A DNA stretch of 20,611 nt, taken from Candidatus Sigynarchaeum calidifontis. GTDB taxonomy: Archaea > Asgardarchaeota > Lokiarchaeia > Sigyniarchaeales > Sigyniarchaeaceae. The translations under genes and the position numbers were made by a program. The stretch is taken from positions 1 to 20,611 of the forward strand of contig JAUQYZ020000138.1 in the NCBI GenBank assembly GCA_030587475.2, in the 5' to 3' direction. The notes under the pieces are model-generated. The model was not told where the DNA came from, ran no database searches, and saw only the letters and a program-made list of their open reading frames with translations. The stretch's first letter is position 1. Every line of letters begins with the position of its first letter. Below are positions 15,473-20,611 of the stretch, in pieces.

Positions 15473-16561
15473 TCACGACTTTCTTGGAAAGCAGCGTTCC
15501 GGCGCGTCTTTGTTGAAGAAGCATTTCGGGTCCGATGCCGCGATGTCCCCCGCGTAGAGGTACGCGTTCGCCCGGCACCCGATGCAGTAGACCTTGAACC
15601 GGCAAGCCGCGCAGGGCCCCTTGACCGGACGTTTCAACAGTAACTCCTTCTTCGACCGCTTGATGATCTTCCCGGCGTCGTCCTCGTAAATGTTTCCCGC
15701 GGGGAAGTCCCTCAAGAACAAGCAGGGCACGACGTCCCCGCTCGCCGTGATCGCCACGTGCCCCTGGCACGCGTACTTCCCGTCGCAGCTTCCCACGGCG
15801 AGCATGTGTTTCCCCTCGACTCGCGCCCGGTGGTAGAAGACGCGCTTCACCTGGGACAGCACCGGCTCCCACGTCGTGGCCTCGCTCCTGGAGAGCCCCA
15901 GCGGCTTGAACACGACCGGCGCGACGTGCTTCACGCCCTTTCCGTAGAACCAGTCCATGAGCGGTACCATGGTGCCGGCGGTCTGGCGCGTGAGGGTCGG
16001 GCAGCCGAAGACGTGGTCTGCCGGGAACCCCGCGTCGAGCAGCGCTTGGAAGCCGTCCAGCCGATCCGCGAGCGGCCCGGGCGAGGTGTTGACCTGGTCG
16101 TGCACGGCCTGATCCAGCGTGTCGATATGGATGCCGACAAACATTTCCACGCCCGCTGACCTCGCCCGGGCGTGCGCTGCCGAGAGCCACGCGGCGTCGC
16201 CCCTCGGGATCCGCCCCGAGAGCGGCATAACCACGTGGATGCCCTCGTCGATCGCCCTGGACACCATAGCCTCGAGGCCAGGGTGTAGCAGCTGGTCGCC
16301 GCCGTAGATGTAGATCACCCGCACCCCGGCCCGCTTCAAGCGGATGATCTCCTCGAACTTCTCGATAGAAATCGATTGCTCGGCCTGGTCGATACCCACG
16401 GGCGAAGCATAGCAATACTTGCACCCGCCGGAGCAGCGCTGGTTGATCTCGACGTTGATGCAGACCGGGTCGCCGCGAAGGTACACGCCGAGCAGATCCT
16501 TGCGCGACCAGATGTCGATGATCGGGTTCTCTCGCGGTGGTTGGAGTCGGCCGGGCACCAT
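15473..16561 (-). CDS. Radical SAM protein with SPASM domain (PqqE/NirJ/AhbD-like architecture)
   Basis: CSGGCKYC (CxxxCxxC); YGGDQLL; SPASM C..H.AITASGDVVPC...GNI...GPCAAC..KVYCIGCRANAY...DPKC. Start taken at ATG 16561; the extension to 17179 is an off-frame shadow of the upstream gene. Confidence 0.9.
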   Translation of the reverse strand: MVPGRLQPPRENPIIDIWSRKDLLGVYLRGDPVCINVEINQRCSGGCKYCYASPVGIDQAEQSISIEKFEEIIRLKRAGVRVIYIYGGDQLLHPGLEAMVSRAIDEGIHVVMPLSGRIPRGDAAWLSAAHARARSAGVEMFVGIHIDTLDQAVHDQVNTSPGPLADRLDGFQALLDAGFPADHVFGCPTLTRQTAGTMVPLMDWFYGKGVKHVAPVVFKPLGLSRSEATTWEPVLSQVKRVFYHRARVEGKHMLAVGSCDGKYACQGHVAITASGDVVPCLFLRDFPAGNIYEDDAGKIIKRSKKELLLKRPVKGPCAACRFKVYCIGCRANAYLYAGDIAASDPKCFFNKDAPERCFPRKS

Positions 16562-16646
16562 CGGTGGCCTCGTACTATCTTCGGTTCGCTTTCGATCATC
16601 GCGTCTTTTACTGTAAATCAGCTTTCTCCTTGATTCTTCAAGCAGA

Positions 16647-16684
16647 TGCCCCTTGATTAGCGATAGAGATAGAAGAGAGGGGCA
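16647..16684 (-). terminator. Possible stem-loop/pyrimidine-rich terminator after the Rpn-like gene
   Basis: TGCCCCT (16647-16653) / AGGGGCA (16678-16684) inverted repeat beginning 2 bp after the stop. The loop is pyrimidine-rich on the minus strand. Confidence 0.35.
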
Positions 16685-16686
16685 GG

Positions 16687-17484
16687 TCATTTCGATTTCT
16701 TTGGCTTCTGCTTTGCTCTGGCCTTGGCGAGGGCTGCTTCTACCTTGTCGATGCCAGCGGCTTCGATCACCTTGTCGATGCCGATCTCCTCGATCATCGC
16801 CTCGAGTCCGACGGCCTCTATCGCGTGTTTCATGCTTTCTCGAACCTTTGGCGGCAGCAAATCGTCCATCTCGGTCATGTCTTTCACCTCGTCGTAGTAG
16901 AAAAGATAAATCAAGCTTATAATCGTTTCCATGGCGTGGCGCAGTTCGAGATCCGCACGAGAAAGGTGGCGGATCGCGGCCTTGATGGCTTCCTCTGAGC
17001 CAAGTACGAGCAAGGGGATATTCGCATCGTTCACGGCCACCTCGTCGCACACCACCACGCGGCACGGGCATGGAAACACGTCTTTCACCTCGTAAATCCC
17101 AGGCTCGGCTGCCGGCATAATCACGTTCGCCTGAATTAACGTGTCGAGAAACCGGGGACGCTTGGCGGTGATATACCACGCCGTGAGTCGAGCCCGTATC
17201 TCCTCAATCCCGATATCGTGCTGGTCGCAATACAGCCCGACATACCCGAGCAGCTTGGACAAGTTTTCTTTGCGACGTTTATCGCTGCTGCTCTTGTATT
17301 CGAGAATATTTTCATTTGAAAACGAACGTTCCAGCAGCGGGATCATCATGGCCTTCGGCTGGCCAGGCTTGCACCGCGCGACCGCGTCGATCTTCAACGG
17401 CAGATCCCCCACATCCTCGGGTTTGGAGTCGCAAGAGGTGAGCATGTCTCGCATGATGCGTTTGAACAAGTAGTCGAAGGCCAT
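16687..17484 (-). CDS. Rpn/YhgA-like PD-(D/E)xK nuclease-fold protein with C-terminal 9-aa repeats
   Basis: N-terminal FDYLFK, LKIDAV (catalytic D), ILEYKS (ExK), KLLGY helix, NIPLLVL; C-terminal IEAVGLEAM/IEEIGIDKV/IEAAGIDKV and a Lys-rich tail. Confidence 0.7.
   Translation of the reverse strand: MAFDYLFKRIMRDMLTSCDSKPEDVGDLPLKIDAVARCKPGQPKAMMIPLLERSFSNENILEYKSSSDKRRKENLSKLLGYVGLYCDQHDIGIEEIRARLTAWYITAKRPRFLDTLIQANVIMPAAEPGIYEVKDVFPCPCRVVVCDEVAVNDANIPLLVLGSEEAIKAAIRHLSRADLELRHAMETIISLIYLFYYDEVKDMTEMDDLLPPKVRESMKHAIEAVGLEAMIEEIGIDKVIEAAGIDKVEAALAKARAKQKPKKSK
16742..16822 (-). repeat. 27-bp-period tandem coding repeat (3 imperfect copies)
   Basis: ACCTTGTCGATGCC at 16742-16755 and 16769-16782; a third diverged unit encodes IEAVGLEAM. 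Confidence 0.75.
16876..16890 (-). promoter_or_regulatory. Candidate internal ribosome-binding site and start codon inside the Rpn-like gene
   Basis: The minus strand reads GAGGTGA-AAGAC-ATG: a strong SD match, a 5-nt spacer and an in-frame ATG at 16878 (Met203). Confidence 0.5.
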
Positions 17485-17625
17485 GGAATCACGCGAACGA
17501 ACTCTGATTACAATCGAGGTGACAAGGATTCAAGAAGGAAAGGGAGCCTTGAATTTCTGAAAACAGAAACAAGGATGTTTTTTCCAGGTATAGTGAAGCA
17601 GCTCGGAACAGGTCGATTGCGCGAG

Positions 17626-19047
17626 CTAGTTACTACGGATCCACCCGCGCTGGTTTTTCTTCAAGGACGCGTTGAACCGCTCCAGTTCACCCGCCAGCTC
17701 CTTGGCGACGTCGGTTTGGTTCTTGATCAAGTTGTAGGATTCCTGAGGATCTGTCTTCAAGTCGAACAAGAATGGTCCGGGGTGGAGCATGAAGTACGCG
17801 GCGTTGTCCGACGCGTGGCGCACGTGGTACTTCCAATTGCCCTTCCGTATGGCTTGCATGCGCCGCAAGATGAGATAATGGAAGGGATGCTCGCCAAGTT
17901 GGCTGCTCGTGCCGGCCAGCAAGCCGGAGATGTCGCGGCCATCGATCACGCGATCCGCCGGCAGCGGGATCCCCAGGTTCGACAGGATCGTCGGGAACAA
18001 GTCGAGATGGCTGCATTGCGCATCGGACACCGTGCCCGGCGGGATCTTGCCGGGCCAGCAGGCGATCATGGGGATCCGGGAGCCGCCCTCAAACGGCAAG
18101 TATTTCCGGCCGCGCTGGTAGCCGGGGTTCCCCTCGTGCCAGGGGCCGTTGTCGCTGGAGAAAACGACGAGCGTGTTCTCGTAGACGCCGTTTCGCTTGA
18201 GCGCGGCGACGACCTCGCCCACGCTCCAATCAAGTTCCTCCACCGCGTCGCCGTATAGCCCCGCGGCCGATTTTCCCCGGAACGCGTCCGATGCGTGCAA
18301 GGGGTTGTGCGGGAACGGCTGCGCGTAATAGAGGAAAAAAGGCGTGCCTGATTTCGCGCTCGAATCAATGAACGCGACCGCCTCCCTCGTGAGGTGCTGG
18401 GTAAGCACGTCCTGGTCGGCCGGAGCGGGGATATCGACCTCATCGTTCCGGTAGATGCGATACGGCTTCATGTCATTGCTGTAATGCGCCCCGTAGAAGA
18501 AATCAAAACCGAAGTCACGGGGCAAGTGCGGGTGCCGATCGCCGAGGTGCCACTTCCCGACCATCCCCGTGCGGTAGCCCGCCTTCCGCAGCACGTCGGC
18601 GAGCGTGATCTCGTCGGGCGCGAGCCCTTTCATCCCCCGGGAATAAAAAAGCGGGGACATCACGATGGAAAGCAGGCCCGAGGGGAAAAACACGCCGGCG
18701 ACGTGCCCCCGGATGCCGTATCGTCCCGTGAGCAGGCCCGCCCGCGATGGCGAGCAGATAGGTGCAGATGAATAACAACTAGTGAGCCGCATTCCCTGGC
18801 GGGCGAGCTCGTCGACGTTCGGGGTCTTGATCGCGGTGGCCCCGAAGCAGCCGATGTCCGCGTAGCCCAGGTCATCACAGAGTATGATAACGATGTTGAA
18901 CGGGCGTTCTAGTACTGGTTTGGACACATTCTCCAAGTAGACAACTTTCGCGGACCGCCTTATATCACGCTTCTTGATCTGCCAGGCCTTCCACGCGACG
19001 AGTGCACCAACGACGCCCACGATGGCTATACACGTTTCAAGTATCAT
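17626..19047 (-). CDS. Cys-type (formylglycine-dependent) sulfatase, family S1, N-terminally membrane anchored
   Basis: NIVIILCDDLG, TPNVD, CSPSRAGLLTGRY (CxPxR), GKWHLG, PH.P, SDNG, FEGGSRIP, LFDLKTDPQE; hydrophobic N-terminus. Confidence 0.95.
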   Translation of the reverse strand: MILETCIAIVGVVGALVAWKAWQIKKRDIRRSAKVVYLENVSKPVLERPFNIVIILCDDLGYADIGCFGATAIKTPNVDELARQGMRLTSCYSSAPICSPSRAGLLTGRYGIRGHVAGVFFPSGLLSIVMSPLFYSRGMKGLAPDEITLADVLRKAGYRTGMVGKWHLGDRHPHLPRDFGFDFFYGAHYSNDMKPYRIYRNDEVDIPAPADQDVLTQHLTREAVAFIDSSAKSGTPFFLYYAQPFPHNPLHASDAFRGKSAAGLYGDAVEELDWSVGEVVAALKRNGVYENTLVVFSSDNGPWHEGNPGYQRGRKYLPFEGGSRIPMIACWPGKIPPGTVSDAQCSHLDLFPTILSNLGIPLPADRVIDGRDISGLLAGTSSQLGEHPFHYLILRRMQAIRKGNWKYHVRHASDNAAYFMLHPGPFLFDLKTDPQESYNLIKNQTDVAKELAGELERFNASLKKNQRGWIRSN

Positions 19048-19079
19048 CGATCTATCCCTCTTCGCGGGTCATTTAATAG

Positions 19080-19298
19080 TTATCTATCGACAGAGCGTGA
19101 CAGCCGGGCTTTGAGGAGCGCGAGCACCGCGTCGACTACCTCGCGCTCGCGGCCGCGCACCTCGTGCCCGCCGGTATCGAACACGATGCATTGTTTCGAA
19201 GGCACGTGCAAGCGATCCTTGAGTTGCAAGAATTTGGGGAATTTCACGAGCTTATCGTCCATCGCGTGCACGAGAAATAATCGTTGGAGGAGAATCAT
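19080..19298 (-). pseudogene. C-terminal fragment of an alpha/beta-hydrolase
   Basis: LFLVHAMDDKLV (H-x-x-x-D-x-x-V acid motif) and VFDTGGH (catalytic His) followed by a terminal helix. An in-frame TAG lies 6 codons upstream of the ATG, leaving no room for the GxSxG half. Confidence 0.6.
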
Positions 19299-19333
19299 CT
19301 CGAAATCTGACGTCTATGAATCTTTATCACAGG

Positions 19334-20491
19334 TCAAGGCGGCAAAAGTCTCTGCTGTTCCGCGGGCCGGAACACGTTCAAGAACGATTGTACGAACATG
19401 CCGATGCCCGTCTTGGCCATGCTCTTGTTCAAGTGCGCCTGGAGCTCGTCATTGGTCTTGAACCCGCCGATCTCACGCCGCTGGTTGTCACGGGCCTGTT
19501 TAACGACATTCTTCATCAACGTGGAATACTCGTCGATGGCATTCGTCCCGTTCTTGTCAGCTTTCAATATTGCCTTCGCGACGAGGCGGCCGGACAATGC
19601 GGCCGCGTCCATGCCCACTCCGCGCACCGTGTCGATGAGACCGGCAGCATCACCCGTGGCCAGCACCCGTTCCCGGCCGAGCCAGATGCGGTTGTTGGAT
19701 AGCAAGTCTATCGTGATCGTGTATCCCTCCTTTTTCACGATCTCGCCGTCCATGTGAAACTTCTCCTTGACATGCTTGTAGAAGGCTTCCTGCCGTTCCT
19801 TGATGTTGGCATCGTTGCAACCGGTGCCGACCACCCAGTAATCCTTCCCGTCATCGAGCGTCTTGTTATAGACCCAGGCGAACATGGCGTTGTTCCACTC
19901 GATGTTCCAGAACTGGTACAGCGTGTGCGGATCCAAGTCGGCGGTGCCGTTGATGTAATAGTTGAGCGTCCCGCCCGTGTACTTGGGCGAAAAATCGCAC
20001 GGTCGAATGATCTTCCTGACAGCGGGCATCAAGCCAGATGCTTCTACCAGGTAGCGCGCCTTGACCTGCTCCTCGCTCCCTGGTTTCTCGCCGGTTCGCA
20101 ACGTGGCAATGACGTGATCGGGGGCATCCTCGTGGCGAACGTACTCGCACTCGTCACGAAATTCCGCACCATATTCCTTCGAGACCATGTTTAACCAATC
20201 GTCGAACGGTTTCCGCATGAAATTGAGCATCGCGAAGGGAGCCGTCACGTGCCGCCCGTTCGGGAGGTGCATTTCGATTCGATTAAGCTGGTTATTGCAC
20301 AATCGCGAGCGAGGGATTTTTTCGCCGATGATTTTCTCGAGATACTTGAACTGGATACCGCTGCATGGCTTGTTTCTCGGCGTCTTCTTCTTTTCGATGA
20401 AAAGCGTCTTCAAACCCCCTTTCGCGGCAAACTTCGCTGCGACGGAACCCGCGACGCCGCCTCCAACTATCAACACGTCGTATTCCTTCAT
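19334..20491 (-). CDS. FAD-dependent oxidoreductase, geranylgeranyl reductase family
   Basis: YDVLIVGGGVAGS, KPCSG, R..FD.WL, ARYLVEASG, LATGDAAGLID...G.GM..A..SG. Start taken at ATG 20491 (alternative TTG 20521). Confidence 0.88.
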   Translation of the reverse strand: MKEYDVLIVGGGVAGSVAAKFAAKGGLKTLFIEKKKTPRNKPCSGIQFKYLEKIIGEKIPRSRLCNNQLNRIEMHLPNGRHVTAPFAMLNFMRKPFDDWLNMVSKEYGAEFRDECEYVRHEDAPDHVIATLRTGEKPGSEEQVKARYLVEASGLMPAVRKIIRPCDFSPKYTGGTLNYYINGTADLDPHTLYQFWNIEWNNAMFAWVYNKTLDDGKDYWVVGTGCNDANIKERQEAFYKHVKEKFHMDGEIVKKEGYTITIDLLSNNRIWLGRERVLATGDAAGLIDTVRGVGMDAAALSGRLVAKAILKADKNGTNAIDEYSTLMKNVVKQARDNQRREIGGFKTNDELQAHLNKSMAKTGIGMFVQSFLNVFRPAEQQRLLPP

Positions 20492-20611
20492 GAGATCCAC
20501 GATGCCTTGCTGGCCGGCCAATTAGCAGCTATCGAGGATCCTTATCACTTCATTCTTATTCAATTCACGCCCCAGGTCTAGCTTATTCAATGCTAAAGGA
20601 TACATAGCAAG

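Noticed and set aside
15450-16424. 324-aa alternative-frame ORF over the radical SAM gene
   Set aside because: Arg/Gly/Ala-rich composition typical of an off-frame read of GC-rich coding DNA.
16562-17179. 206-aa N-terminal extension of the radical SAM ORF (568-aa call), suggesting an overlapping gene or fusion
   Set aside because: Arg/Gly-rich off-frame read-through of the Rpn-like gene and intergenic DNA. Radical SAM-like sequence begins only after ATG 16561.
16622-17542. Imperfect terminal inverted repeats around the Rpn-like gene (IS-like element)
   Set aside because: The match (CTTTCTCCTTGATT versus the reverse complement CTTTCCTTCTTGAAT) is short, gapped and low-complexity. There is no target-site duplication and no DDE/HUH transposase motif.
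17575-18258. 227-aa ORF antisense to the sulfatase
   Set aside because: Shadow of a well-supported sulfatase gene.

Overview
A densely coding, GC-rich window that is probably archaeal, plausibly an Asgard/Lokiarchaeia-type genome. This is an inference from a COG1031-type radical SAM-HhH gene, a DGGGP-synthase-like UbiA paralogue, a geranylgeranyl-reductase-family gene, a UPF0175-like gene and TATA-like boxes about 25 bp ahead of apparently leaderless starts. The left two thirds are rich in glycan-processing genes: GH2, GT4, GH32, a membrane-anchored lyase-like protein, a surface GH99-like enzyme and a Gfo/Idh/MocA dehydrogenase. The right third carries an orphan antitoxin-like gene behind a palindrome cluster, a radical SAM/SPASM enzyme, an Rpn-like PD-(D/E)xK protein, a Cys-type sulfatase, an alpha/beta-hydrolase remnant and an FAD-dependent reductase. 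Main observations: (1) the Rpn-like gene has an internal Shine-Dalgarno plus in-frame ATG that could make a separate 63-aa repeat-bearing C-terminal protein (gene-within-gene toxin/antitoxin architecture); (2) the GH99-like barrel appears to be split by a six-repeat FG-GAP-like insertion; (3) a 22-bp perfect TGTACA-centred palindrome precedes a toxin-less antitoxin-like gene; (4) the UbiA paralogue is catalytically degenerate. No rRNA, tRNA, CRISPR array or intact IS element was recognised. All family calls are by motif recognition only, with no database search.
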